From assembly GCA_030770535.1 (NCBI GenBank), contig JASVEC010000014.1:992001-1056000 (forward strand): a DNA stretch of 64,000 nucleotides, written 5' to 3'. The notes under the pieces were generated by a model, which saw nothing but the letters and a program-made list of their open reading frames with translations, was not told the origin of the DNA and ran no database searches. The translations under genes and the position numbers were made by a program. The DNA is from Batkoa obscura (Eukaryota). Positions 8,495 to 22,952 of this stretch are shown here, piece by piece (position 1 is the stretch's first letter; every line of letters starts with the position of its first letter).

Positions 8495-11437
8495 TTAAGG
8501 TTTTTCCATAGCTAAAAGGGTATAATCGATAAGATAAGATTGAGTAATAAGTTCATCTAATTTAGAATAATGCCTTTGAGTGTAAGGCAATAAAGCACTG
8601 ATATTCTATTTAAATAAAATTATTGGTATCAATATTTAATTTGATATATTATTATAAGAATAATTTACCTCTTTAATATTAGAAACACTTGATAAATATT
8701 CCACTGAATGATGTTTTAATATTAAATATAAAATTGATTGTGCTATATGTGAAAATCTTCCGTTGGTATTCCATTCTTTGATAAATTCAATGATTTTACT
8801 TAACTATAATATGAATCCAATTTAACATTTTATACTATTACTATAGCGAAATTTCTTTACCTTTTGACTGTTTAATTTTGTAAATAGTTCATCTACCTTT
8901 AAAGATCCAGTAACACTAGTATCACCTATAAAATCAGATTAAGATCAATATACACACTATTAAATAAAAACTTACTCAGTTCTCTGTTTTCCGAAATTTG
9001 ATTTAAAACTCTAAAAAGTTGAGCTGGATGATTTAATTCAAAACAAAGTTCAATTGCCTTGACATAATCTTTTTTAACTAAACAATTTGATAATTTTTGT
9101 TCACTAAAGTAGCATAAATTAAGCACAACTATCAAAATAAATTAAAACTAAATCCTTACTTAGCAACTTTAGTTTCATTCTTGACTCTTTCCTTTTCCAT
9201 TTCTTCTTCTGTTGTATCATTCCAAAAAGATATAACTGAATCAGCACCTCCACTGACAACTACTTTTTCGTCCGGGCGGATGGCTAAGGTCCAGATCTAA
9301 ATGACAAATAAATTTCCCAGCTTGTTAATATCTCCAATAAACTTACTTTATCCTCATGATTATCCAATGTAGTTACACATTCACTTGTTTTAACATCCCA
9401 TAATTTAACTAAACCATCCGAGCCAGCCGATATCAATTGTAATCCAGATGAAAAGAATTGGACATTTAATACAGAATTACTGTGGCCTTCAAAGGTCTAT
9501 TTTGTTAAAAATTCAATTAATGTCAAAAACAAATCAGGTCAAACATCATAAACTTACTCTAATACAACTGAAATCATTAATATTCCAAAGCTTGATTGTT
9601 TTATCTCCAGAACTGGTGGCTACAACAGGGTTTTGTTCGGAAAAGTTGACACTCCAAACACCTCTTTTATGGCCTTTCAAAGTTCCTAAAAGCGCACCAT
9701 CTTCAGTGTTCCAGATCTATAATAAACATTAGTAAAAGTAAAAAAAACGAAATTTGATACTTACTTTAGCAGTTTTATCTTGAGAACCAGTAGCAATATA
9801 CCTATCCGAAGGTGAAAAAGTAATTGTATTAATATCTTTATCATGAGCTTGGAAAGTATAAACTGAAGTTGGTTTATAAACTTCATCGTTTTCTTCCTTA
9901 TTTAAAGCTGGTGTAAAATCCCATAATTTAATGGTACGATCTTGAGATCCAGTTGCCATTAAATGCTTATGATCTGATTTATTAGAAATTGCCACAGCCC
10001 CTACAGCTTCTGCATGACCTGAGCAAATAGCCAAGCAATTGACTTTAGGCGAACCTTTACTGGTATCTACTTGCCATATTCTAGCTGAATGATCTTTGGA
10101 TCCGGTGGCAATGATATTGGACCAGGATCTAGTGGCTAATACAAGTACCATGTCTGAATGGCCACTTACTAAAGTACAGTCCAAGTCTTCAGTGTTGTAA
10201 ATACGAAAGCTTTCTGAGTTGCAAGCTACACCTAAATAACTTCCAGCACCTTGTTGTTCGCTACCAATATATTTTAAATCTACAATTTCATCGGTATAAC
10301 CCACAATTTGTTTAATTAAGCTTAAATCTTTTTCAAGTGAATAAGTTAAAATATTATGATCATCGGATATAGTTGTTATTGTTTTTTGTTGTTTATTAAT
10401 AAATAAATCCGTCAACGAATGTTGTTTAGCTTGAAATTGAGGTTGTTGGTATACTTGTTTACCATCTTTAAAGTTGTAAATTTTAATTAATCCAGTTTCA
10501 CCACCAATAAAAAATAACTCATTGTTAGTGATCTCAACCGCATTTTTTAAACAATCTTTTGGTAGAAAGCCAACATTTTCAATACTTTCATAAACTGGAA
10601 TAGATTTAACTAATTCAAACTTCTTTAAATTCCAAATATTTACTACTTTATCTCTTGAGCCTGATAATAAGTAGCTGCCATCCTTAGATATATCTAAACC
10701 ACGAATAACCGATCCGTGATTGATTAAAGTAGTTAAACATTTACTTTTATTTAAATCCCATACTTTAATATTACAATCATTAGCTCCACTTATTAACCAT
10801 AACTTATTACTATTAGCTTCGGACAACTTATGAAATTTTAAACTAGAAATAACACCACTATGACCTTTAAATTGATGGGTCAAAAAGCCACCAACTATAT
10901 CATACAGCTTGATGCTACTATCAGCTGAACCAGTAGCTACTATTGTTGAACTATCATCGATTTCAATACAAATAACAGGGGCATCATTAGACTAAAAAAT
11001 GTTAATAAAAAAACGGATCAATATTAGATTCAAATTGCTCACTTTAAATTGACGTATAATTTTATAAGTAGTTAGATCCCAAATATATAACATTAAAGAC
11101 CTTGAAGCAGATACTAAATACTTTTCATCTTTTGATATACAAAAGCTAGTAATAATCTCAGAATCCTAAAACTAACATTAGTACTGTTGATTGACTATTA
11201 TTATTTTATCTATTACCCCTTTTAGAGTATGTAAAACTTTGCCGTTTTTAAATTCAGATACAATAATATCTTCACCTAAAGTACTATAGATTCTTTCTAA
11301 ATCGGAAGATACTCTTACTTTTCCTCCAGTGTAAATGGACTCGATGGTCCCACTTAAACTAAAACTAAATTATTGTTAATGAGGGTTCTTTATGACCTAA
11401 TGATCTAACTCTACCTTTTTTTAAGTTGCTCTTTCAT
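8495..11437 (-). CDS. UTP13: U3 snoRNP WD40 protein Utp13/TBL3 (multi-exon)
   Basis: N-terminal IESIYTGG, many WD40 repeats (THQFKGHSGVIS, ATGSQDKTAK, KGHKRGVW), C-terminal ALLPYTQRHYSKLDELITQSYLIDY. Confidence 0.9.
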
Positions 11438-11565
11438 TTTACTTTATCTGAATAAACAATATTCAACAAGTTTTAATTTAAATTTTATTTGGAATTTAGT
11501 TTTGAACCAATCAAGTTGATATTTGGAATTTTGGAATAATAAACAGAAATCATTTATTACACATA

Positions 11566-11625
11566 AATAAAAATATATAAATAAAAATATATAAATAAAA
11601 ATATATAAATAAAAATATATAAATA
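11566..11625. repeat. Tandem 14-mer-like repeat (ATAAAAATATATAA)
   Basis: Directly visible, about 4 units. Confidence 0.7.
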
Positions 11626-11731
11626 ATAAATATGTAAATAATAAGTATATCCAATACAATAATAAAAAGCAAATAAAATAACAATAATTTTAAGTTAAAT
11701 CCATTTTATTTTCTATAAAAAATCTACTAAT

Positions 11732-12654
11732 TTATTCTTCCTTTACCCCTTCTTTAGCAAGATAACCACGATTTTTTGGATTAGTATAATAAGCTAAAAT
11801 AAATAATTAAAACTCCATATTAAAAAGCAAAATGTAATTCCACTTACCAATATCTTTCTTTTTCATAGGTTTAGCTGATTTTGGGATTTTAGCAAATTTA
11901 TCAGGTCTAAGGTGAGCACGCATAGCTAATGGGTTATAATAAACAGTAGTTAAATTTCCACCCTTTTCTTCGATAGTCTCAATAGCTCTTTGAGTAGCTT
12001 GAGATACCTCGATTTTAATTGGAGTGTTTAAATATTCACCTCCCTAAAAAAATAAAAATAAAAACCATCCTAATAATATTCTATTCTGAAAAATTAGTCT
12101 AATCTGAAAGCTTACATCTCCTAATAATTTAACTCCATCTTTAAATTTATGTAAACATCCAGAATCAATTAAACTTTTCATTGTAATTAATTTACTAGGA
12201 TCAATTCGTCCAGTATCAATCCAACGTTGAACTCGATTTAATCTTAATGGTTTAATATCATATGCATGTCTAAAAAAAGGCCATTAATACTTTTCACCAA
12301 AAAACTCTTTGTCCTTTTTATCACTTACACATTCTTAAATCCTCTCTTTGGAATCAATTTCTTAATTGGAGTTTGTCCACCTTCAAACCCAAGTCTAGGT
12401 TTGGAATTACCAGATCGTGCTTTTTGACCTTTATGACCACGACCACATGTTTTTCCATGTCCAGAACTACGTCCTCTACCTACTCTTTTTCTCTCTTTAA
12501 TAGCTCCTGGATTATCTTGAATCGTATTCAATTTGACTGGTATTCTTGGGGCATTCACTAATAATCCCATACTTCTCCTAAGGCTTAGATTGGGCTGAAT
12601 TAAACATTGGCGAGTGATATTGCCAATGTTTAATTTTAATACATTTGGGAGCAT
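11732..12654 (-). CDS. MRPL10: Mitochondrial ribosomal protein uL15m (yeast MRPL10 / human MRPL15 family), 4 exons
   Basis: [25 protein letters not shown]...[34 protein letters not shown]. Confidence 0.9.
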
Positions 12655-12982
12655 TATTAAAATTAAACGTGGATTTTGATTCAAATTCAATTGATGTTTT
12701 GTGTTTTAGTAAATTATTATGGGATTCCCCTTAAAATTAAATGAGTCTTGTTAATTCATTGTTAATTTTCTTCAATGGTTCTTATACAAGTTGAGATTGA
12801 ACTAATTAAAAACTAGTGGTTATAAAATTCATTTCGAAATGATTTGTTCGATTATAAATTTCGTTAAAATTTTAATAACAATTGAAATTTAAATCAAATT
12901 AAATTTTTAGTGCCACTTTTTTATATTCATCAATTTTTAAATTACTTTTTAGATAAAAATAATTACAAATCACATATAAACA

Positions 12983-14978
12983 ATGGATTATTTTTATGAA
13001 GCAAAAACAATCTTACAAAAAGTGTAATTATGAAAAACTTCTATTCATGAACTCAAAAACTAACTTTTGTTTTCTCTTTTAGTAAACATGCTGTATTAAA
13101 CTTGACAGAAATGGAGTCGAAAGTGATGGAAGCTACTAATGGAGAAAAATGGGGAGCATCTTCAACTTTAATGCAAGAAATAGCCAAAGGGACCTTTCAT
13201 TTGTAAGTATCAACTAATTTACATTTTTAGTTAATAAAAAATACATTAACTTTACTTAAAAGTCAACAATTCAATGAAGTAATGAACATCATTACTAAAC
13301 GTTTAACTGAAAGAGAGCCAGAAAGATGGAGACACGTTTATAAAGTAAAAATTGATATAATTTTTGATTATAACAAAAGTGTTTAATTATTTTAATACTA
13401 TTATTAGGCTTTGACCTTATTAGAATATTTAATTAAAAATGGTAGTGAAAAAGTAGTGGACTATTCAAGATCTCATATTTCGATTATAAAAAGTTTACGT
13501 AGTTTTAATTATATCGATGAAAAAGGAAAAGATCAAGGAATCAATGGTACGCTTCTTTATTTATATATCGTTTGTGGATTTTTTTATTAATTATTTTAAT
13601 TTATTAGTAAAAAATCGTAGTAAAGAAATTGTGGACTTGTTAAGTTCTACTGAAAAAATAAAAGAAGAAAGAAAAAAAGCCAAAGCAAACAAATCAAAAT
13701 ATGTCGGTATTGGCTCAGAACCAACCGGCTTTAGTTCTAATTCAATGAATGGGTTTGGTTCTGGTCCATCTTATTCTTCAAGTGGAATTGGTTCGAATTA
13801 TGGTAATTCAAGGTTTGAAGGTAACTTTTATTTTTATTTAATAATAACATGTAATGAATAATATTTATTTACATTAGAATCAGTTAGTAGTTCTAGATTT
13901 AATGATAATGACGATTATGGAGAATCTACTTTTAATAATGATAATGATAATTCATTTAAAAATAAACAAGAATCGCCATTACCACCAACTCCTAACGTAG
14001 AGGATTTATTTTCTTTTGATGAACCAGAACCAAGTATCAATAATAATAATAATAATAATAGTGGAATCAATAATAGTAATAATAATAACGATGATTGGAG
14101 TGATTTTAAAGGTTCTAATAATGATTTTGGTAAATTTAGTAGTTTATAATAATATTCATATTAACAATATACTAATTCTGATAACTCTCATTCTTTTTAT
14201 AGATGATTTTGGTGATTTCCAATCGATTTCAGCTACAAATAATAATCCTCAAACTTCCACTTTTTCAACTCAAAAAGACACTTCATTTCCGTTAGATTTT
14301 ATGAGCAATGATAGTAATTTAACAACATCAACTATTCCTGTTAGTGCTACACAATCTAAAGTAAAGGATCCACTCGATGACTTATTAGGTGAAATAGATT
14401 CTGTTACTGCGAATAACAATAAAGTACAATCAAAGATTGCTGGAAATACATTGAGTGTGAATAACAATAATAATAACAATAATAGCAACAAAAATATCCA
14501 AACCACACAAGCTACTCAAACCAATAAAAATGATATTTGGAGCCAACATTCTAATTTATTTTCTTTGGATAATTTATCATTTGGAGGTAATAATTCTAAT
14601 AACAATAATAGCAACAATCATCAAAAGAAACCAAGTATGAATTCGATGTATAGTAATAACAATGGAAATATGAATAACAACAACAATACATTGAACTTCA
14701 ACAATAATAACAATAATAATAGTATATTTAATACCAATAATAGTAATTTTAATTTAATCAATAATACAACTGGGTTTAGTAATTCATTGCAAAACAATAA
14801 CACTTCATTTAACAGCAATAATAACTTTAATTCAAGTATGAATTTTAGTAATAACAGTTTTGGTAATAATAATTTTGGTAATAGTAATATGCGCGGTGGT
14901 ATGAATAATATGACTTCCTCATCAACTGCTAAACCCTTATCTCAAGATGATTTAAAAGATTTAGATTCTTTAATTTAA
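12983..14978 (+). CDS. ENT3: ENTH-domain epsin-related protein (Ent3-like), multi-exon
   Basis: MESKVMEATNGEKWGASSTLMQEIA, WRHVYKALTLLEYLIKNGSE, DFGDF motifs, Asn-rich tail. Confidence 0.85.
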
Positions 14979-15259
14979 AATAAGGGTTAGATCAGAGACT
15001 TTTCCTAGGATGAACAATATTACAAATGAATAAAAAAATTATATTTTATATTATTTCATTATTATTATCTTTATGTATAGTTTTAAATAAATTTAATTTA
15101 TTTAAGTTCTTGATTATTTTGTTGACTTTAATTGATTGGCCCAAATTTATTTTAATGCATCATTCCAAAAATACTCCAAATTCAACTCAAGCTTTTAAAC
15201 CCTATTGTTCATATTTAAATAACAGCATTTCAACATCTTATTTTATTGAATCTGTCAAA

Positions 15260-15418
15260 ATGATTACCGACGAACAATTACAAAATTTAGTCAATTATTG
15301 TGGTATTTTAATCTTAGTTTTAATCTTAATTCATCACTTTATTCATATTAATGGAGATAAAATTGGCAGTGGGAAGAATGTATCAATGGGAAAAGAAATT
15401 AAGATTAAAAAGAAATAA
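15260..15418 (+). CDS. OST4: Oligosaccharyltransferase subunit Ost4
   Basis: MITDEQLQNLVNYCGILILVLILIHHFI matches the Ost4 mini-membrane protein. True start is internal to the listed 130-aa ORF. Confidence 0.85.
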   Translation: MITDEQLQNLVNYCGILILVLILIHHFIHINGDKIGSGKNVSMGKEIKIKKK

Positions 15419-15861
15419 TAGATAAGAAAAATCAATAGGGATGATCGGTGTTAAATTCAATATTGGAGTATTATTAAATTTATAATAAAGTTATCTTTTT
15501 CTATCTATAATAATTAACCCATTTATTTGATTTAAATTTTGTTAGTTCATTCTTACTTTTAATTTATTGACTTTAGCATAAAAATTTAATTTTGGTTTGA
15601 ATTATGGATCTTGATTTCTTTGTAAAATCTTGGAAACGCAAAATAGTTTACTAACCCTTTATATCCTAGTTATATCTTATATACACTTATTAACATCCTC
15701 ATTTACCAAATCACCCTGTACAGTTCATCCTAACTTTACGCAAACTCCATTTCTCTTTATATTGTAAAGTTTCCTATTTTTGCAAAAATTTTCTACCATC
15801 TAAATTTCGAAAATCCTTGCTTTTTAAAATATTACTCTTAAATTTTTAAATCCTAGAAATT

Positions 15862-18800
15862 ATGAAATATCAAACTAAAAAAAGAGGACGTGAAGAAAAG
15901 GTACACTTATATACATATAATAAACAATTTTAGCTTTAATTATTATTTTAATTTAGAGTATTAAACTTCAAAAGAGAGAAGAAAGTGATAGTGACTTGGG
16001 GATTAGTGATGATGGCGAAGACTTGATGGAAAAGGCTATGAGTTATAAGGAGGAAGTGGAAAAGAGTGAAGAAGAGAGTGAAGAAGAGAGTGAAGAAGAG
16101 ATAGAAAATACAGGAAATATAGAAAATGTAGAAGAAGTTGATAGTTCCGATTCCGAAGCGAAGTTCATCAAGTCTAAAAAAAATGGAGAGAAAAGCAAGT
16201 TTAATCTACCACAAGTTGGTGAAGTAGCTGATATTTTGAATATTGAAGAACAGTTCGGCTCCAATTTATTTAAGTTACAGGTAAATTCTTTAAAGATTGG
16301 ATATTTGGGAAGTGAAGTTAATAGTTGTTTATTTTTAGATTGAAGAGTTAATAAAAAGAAATCAAGTATCTTTTGGTAATTTAAAAGAGTTAGAATTAGA
16401 ATTAAAGAGCATTAAGTCAATATTGGAAAATAGTCAAGAGTCATTAGAATTAAAAGTAAGTTATAATATACTTATTACTCAACTTAAAATAATGATAACT
16501 AAATGATACTTTATTCAGTTGACAGAAGCTTATAAATTATTTGAAATGGATGGGATTAAAATTCCATTTCCAGAGCCAAAACCAGAATTAAACTCCAACT
16601 TTAAATATTCTTATATAAAACCAGATAAGATTAATATCATTGGTAGTTATCCATTAAATACTTTATGCAAGTTACCAGATAAAGAAATCAGTATCGATAT
16701 GTTATTAGAAATGCCAGAAGTAAGTGATTTAATATTAATTATAATATTAAAGGTATTAAGAGTTATTTTTTATAGGTCTTATTTGTTGAAAAAGATTATT
16801 TAAATTTACGTTATTTTTATAAACGTAGTTATTATGTAGCTCATTTAGCTAAGTTGTTTCAAAGTCAAAAGAAATATGCTATTAATTATTATTTAATTGA
16901 TAATGATTATCGTAAACCAGGATTATGTATTAAATATAAAACATACCAAATTAATTTGATACCTAGTATTAATAGTAAAGTATTTCGATTAATTAGATTT
17001 AGTCCAATCAAAAATAATTTAAGATTAAATTATTTGAATCCAAATAATATTACAACAGAAGAACAAGATCAACCTGCTACACCATTATATAATACTTTGT
17101 TAATAAGAGATACCTTATATTTAAGCCATTTAACTTATTTATATCAATTTATTAAAAAATGTCCCAATTTCCAGTCTGCAATTATATTAATTAAATTATG
17201 GCTGTATTCTCACGGGATTCAATTATACTGTAAATCAATTAACGGTTTTATTTGTTCTATTTTATTAGCTCATTTATTGGAAATTAATCAAGTAAAATCT
17301 AATTTTTCTTCTTGGCAGCTATTCAAAGCATTCTTAGAATTTTTAGGTATAATTAAATTTATTATTATTATTATTATTATTATTATAAACTATAAGGATT
17401 GTTATTAATATGACTTTATATTTTAGGCAATCATGATTTTATAAAGAATCCAGTTATGATTGGTTCGTCAGAAGATCAAGTTAATGTAGGTTTAGTAATA
17501 ATAATCTAATAATTAAATTTAATAAATATTTAAATAGTTCTCAAAAGAAATATTTCAACAAAGTTTTGAAATTAGTATAATAGATCCAAGTGGATATGCT
17601 AATTTAGTACCTAATTTTAATTCTAATGAATTAAAATACGTACAAAATGAAGCTAAAATGGGATTGCAAATGATTTTACAAAATAAGCAACAATTATTTG
17701 ATTATTTATTTATTAATAATTTAAAACAAGCTTATTTAAAATTTGATCATGTTTTTAGGTAACATAATTATTTTATAAAATATTATTTATAACAACTTAA
17801 CAATAATATATTGATACTTATTTATTTTAGTTTTAAATTTAATGATAATTTATTAAAAGAGTGGTTAAATGATAAAGTATTATTAGACAATCAAAATCGG
17901 TATATTTTATTTATTAATAAGATTATATTATTTTTAAAAGAAGCATTAACCAATCGTATTCAAACTGTATTAATCAAAACCAATGATTATAGTTTATTAG
18001 ATATTAAGAAAGAAATCAATTTAAATCAATTAAATCAATCTTTATCGATTCAGTTTGGATTAATATTAGATTCAGAACATTCAAAACGATTAGTAGATCG
18101 AGGACCATCTCCATTAAATAAAAGTGAATGTAAACGATTTCAATTTTTATGGGGAAAAAAAAGTGAATTAAGAAGGTTTCAAGATGGTAATATATTAGAA
18201 AGTGTTATTTGGAATTGTCAACATATTGAAGAAAGAAGATTGATTTTATCAAAAATAATTCACTATTTATTTAAACTACATTTTAATATAACTAAAATTA
18301 ACTACTGGTCAGGTCAATTATTTAATTATATTCGACTAAATGAATTCAATTTGAGAGGAGAAGATTATTTAAAATTAACTCAAAAAGGATATCAACCAAT
18401 TATGGAAGCTTATGATCAATTAAGTACAATTTTAAAAGATACTGAAAATATACCATTATATTGCAATAAAATTATTAAAAATTCTTCACAATTAAGGTAT
18501 ACTTCTTTATTTATACCACAACCTATTTTAAATTTAGAAGAATTTAAACAATTGCCTTTTCAATTACAGTATAATGAACCAATTAAAATTATAATTGAAC
18601 ATCAAGAATCACCTCATTGGCCAAATGATTTACAAGCCTTACAAAATGTTAAATCGGCTATGTTAATGAAATATCAGCAAGAATTAGAAAATAAAGGTAT
18701 AACAAGTAGTATTGCAGTAGATCCTAAACAAACTCAATTTTATAATGGGTATCGTCCAACTTATTTAACTATTTATTTTCAACCTGGATTTTTATTTCAA

Positions 18801-19975
18801 GTATCTATTTATAGTCAAAAAGAAGAAGAATTATTATTAGAAGATAAGAACTATAAAAAAGAATATGAAAAATTTATTATTGATTATAAATTTACACCCA
18901 CAATATCTACATTTATTCATGCTTTATGTCAAACTTATCCTACGTTATCTTATGTCATTCGTATTGTTAAAAGATGGTTAAATATTCATTTATTAAGTAA
19001 TTATTTTTGTGATGAATTAATTGAATTATTATGTTCTATTATTTATACAAATTCAAGCCCATTTACTATTGCTAATTCTATTGGTGCTGGTTTTAGTCGA
19101 TTTTTATATTTATTGATCAATCATAATTTTGAATTACAGCCATTAACAATTGATTTTAATATTATTGGTGAAGATAATGAATTAAATAATAATAATAATA
19201 AATCAAATCAGCAATTAAATAATTATAGTAATAATGAAGAAATACAAATGATTAATATAATTAATAACGAAGAGTTTAATGAATTAAATTTGTTATTAAT
19301 TAATAAGAAAGTATTAAATAAAGTTAAAAAATTAGCTACAGCTAGTTTAAATTGTATTGATCAATTTATTCAAAATGGAGATATTAAAAATATTAATCGA
19401 ATGTTTTTAACACCAATGAAACAATTTGACTTAATATTAACATTAAATGAAAAATGGATATCAAATAGTTTTATGAGAATTCAATGTGATTTAAAAGAAA
19501 AAGATAATGAAGACGAAAATAATCAACAATTATTAGAGAAGATGTTCAATCAAGAAAATTCACAATTTATCGGATTAGATTTTAATCCCTTATTTTATTT
19601 TATTGAAGAGTTAAAGGTAAATTTATTTTCTATGTTATATAAAATTAAAAAAGGGTTATATATTAATTTGTATTAATTTTAGTTAAACTACCCTTATTTA
19701 TTAATTTATTATGATCAATATGGCGGTAATAAAATCGGTATCAAATTACCAGTAGTTAAAAGTAATAACTTTAAATTAACTAGTACAATCCCAATGACAC
19801 CTAAAGTAAGCTTTAATACTTTAATTATAATAACTTTAATATTAACTTTAATTTATAGAATTATATAAAAGATAATTTTGAGTTTGAATTAAATATTGAT
19901 ATATTGACTAATGAAATTCAACGACTTGGTCAAGGATTTTTAATGAAAATAGAAGTTAATCAAAGTCAAGATTAA
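15862..19975 (+). CDS. UTP22: Nrap/NOL6/Utp22 pre-rRNA processing protein, multi-exon
   Basis: SNLFKLQIEEL, EKDYLNLRYFYKRSYY, PATPLYN, VDRGPSP...WGKKSELRRFQDGNILESVIW. Confidence 0.9.
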
Positions 19976-20635
19976 TCTGATTGAAAGATACAATATAGAG
20001 TAATTAAATTGATAGATATTGAAGAAAAGGAGAAGCTATTTTATAGATTTTTATTTTATTTTTAAAATAAAGTTTTATGTTTTATTATTTTAAGCAAAAC
20101 TGTTTTAGTTTGAAATTGAAATATTAGAATTAATGCACGATTAGGTGTTAGTTAATATTTATGACAGTATTAAGTTGTTAATTATTAGATAGAAGGAATA
20201 GTTAAGTAGTTATCATAAAATAGAAGTGAGGATTTTAGCTTTGGTTTTAAACTAGTTAAGATGGAATAGAATAGTAATAAATTGTAATGTTTTTATGTTG
20301 AAGATGTAAATTTTTTAAAAATCAAAATGAAAATCAAAATGAAAAAAATATTTAAATTTATTCTAAATAAGAAACGAGAATTTTTTGGAAATAATAATCA
20401 AGAATCAAATATTTTAATAAAGTACCCAACCCTCACCACCTTAAAAAAACTCATATACTAATTGAAAATTCAAGCTTACAAAACTTGTTCATCAGATAAA
20501 TTTGAAGAATAAATTTTCAAAAAAATCAGATAAAATTCTTTAAATTTCAGATTAAAAATATCTCGAAAATAATCTCAAAAAAAAGTTCATTCTTTTTTCA
20601 TTCTAACTAATTCAATCAACAAAAAAAATAAAAAA

Positions 20636-21791
20636 ATGACTTCTACCACTATTGATTACATTGATCTTGAACGTATATTGTTAGGACAGCCATCCGAAAA
20701 TGGTAAATCTGTTCCATTAGCTGAACGTTTCCGTGCTTTATTTAGTTTAAAAGCATTAAAAGATGATAAAGCAGTAACGATAATAGCTAAAGGTAAATAT
20801 TAATAACCTCATCTACTATCTATAAACATAAAAAGAGAATCTAAAGGTAAAAACTAAGAGAAAGGTACTAATTTTTATTTATTTTTAGCTTTTGCCGATG
20901 ATTCCGCTTTATTGAAACATGAGTTAGCTTATTGTTTAGGACAGATGAAAAACAAATCTGCTTTACCACATTTAGAAAATGTACTAAGAGATTTAAAGGA
21001 AGATCCAATGGTTCGACATGAGGTAAGTTATAGAATTCCTTATATTTCACTCAGTCTTAATTTTTCCAACTTCTTTTTTTAGGCTGCAGAAGCTATGGGT
21101 GCCATTGGAGACTCAAGTAGTATATCAATTTTAAAAGAATATCTTAAAGATGATAGTATTGATGTATCACAAACATGTGAAATTGCACTTGAAAAAATAG
21201 AATTAGAAAATAAACCGGATTTTGAATTAAAAAAGAATTCCATTTATGCTTCTATAGATCCAGCCCCACCAGCATTTGAAGATCAATCTATTGAAGAATT
21301 AGAAAAGATATTATTAGATACAGAAGTTCCGTTATTTAAAAGATATCGAGCCATGTTTTCACTAAGAAACTTAAATAGTGAAGCTTCGGTCTTAGTAAGT
21401 TTAGTTTTAATATTTTATTGTTTTCATTTCAATAACTTTTTTATTAAATAATTTGTTTTCTAATTTTATATTTCAATAGTCTTTAGCTAAAGGATTAAAA
21501 GACCCAAGTGCTTTATTTCGTCATGAAATTGCTTTTATCTTTGGTCAAATGCAACATAAAGCTTCAGTACCTGCATTAATTGAATCTTTATCGGATTCTA
21601 ACGAAGCAGCTATGGTAAGACATGAATCCGCAGAAGCTTTGGGATCCATTGCTACTCCTGAAGTTTTGAAAGTATTAGAACAATTTGCTAAAGATGATGA
21701 GCAAGTGGTTAGAGAATCTTGTATTGTTGCATTAGATATGTATGATTATGAAAATTCGGAACAGTTACATTACGCTAAAATGGAGGTTTAG
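20636..21791 (+). CDS. LIA1: Deoxyhypusine hydroxylase (Lia1/DOHH), 4 exons
   Basis: [50 protein letters not shown]. Confidence 0.95.
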
Positions 21792-22104
21792 AAATGAAAA
21801 ATAAGGAGGATAATAATGAGAAATAAATGTTTATTTTATAGATTAGTAAATGATTTTTTAAATATTTTTTAATGTTATTAGATATTTATTGCCTAATTTT
21901 TTTGATTGAGAAACATTTTTTAATAGTCAAAGAGCTTGGGAGGTTAGGCTTAATTTATTAAAATTAAGTATAAAAAACTAAAATTTAATCGAAAAAATTC
22001 TAAAAAATCAATAAAGTTCAAAATTCCATTAATTTTTAGTTCTTTTTTTTCATTATAGATAACCTAATACATTGATTATAAAAAAGAGAAAAGAAATAAA
22101 AGAA

Positions 22105-22879
22105 ATGAACAATTTAAGCCCACGAGATCAACTGATTCAAGTATTAGTTCAAGCAAGTAGTCAGCATTCTCAAGAATTGAATTTAGCGGTTGAAAAACTA
22201 AAAGAATGGCAAACAGTGACTATGTTTTATCCTACGTTACAAGTAATCTTAATATTAATTATAAAAATAACAAAAATTGAATATAATATTTAGGATATTG
22301 CTTATGATCCTAATTTACCATTCAAAATTCGATTTCAAGCTTTAATTTATTTAAAAAATGGGATTGATAGATATTGGAGGAAAACAGCTTATAAGTAGGG
22401 ATTTTAGTTTTAACATTGTGATCACTGTTTTTTTATTAATTTCATTAATTTTTATAAATTTTAGTGCTATGACTGAAGAAGACAAAATTAGTATAAAACA
22501 ACGAGTTTTATCTCAGTTTCATGAAGCTGAAAAAAGAGTAAATTTTTAATTTATTTTTTATTACATTAAGAGAGTTGAATTAATTTCTATTTTATTTAGT
22601 TAAGTTTACAAAATAGTGTGATTATATCTAAAATTGTAAGAGTAGATTATCCAGAAGAATGGTAACTTTATTTAATAGTTAATAATAATAAATAATATAA
22701 ATGAATATCTTAGGTCGGATGTATTTCAACATATTATTAATTCATTAGAACCAAAAAAAGAATTAAGTGAAATGGAAAATAAATTAATTCAATTACAAGT
22801 ATTAAAAACATTACAATTATGTATTAAAACATTAAACTCAAAAGTACTTTCTTCGGGTAAAAAAGCATTTAAACAGGTA

Positions 22880-22952
<73 letters not shown>
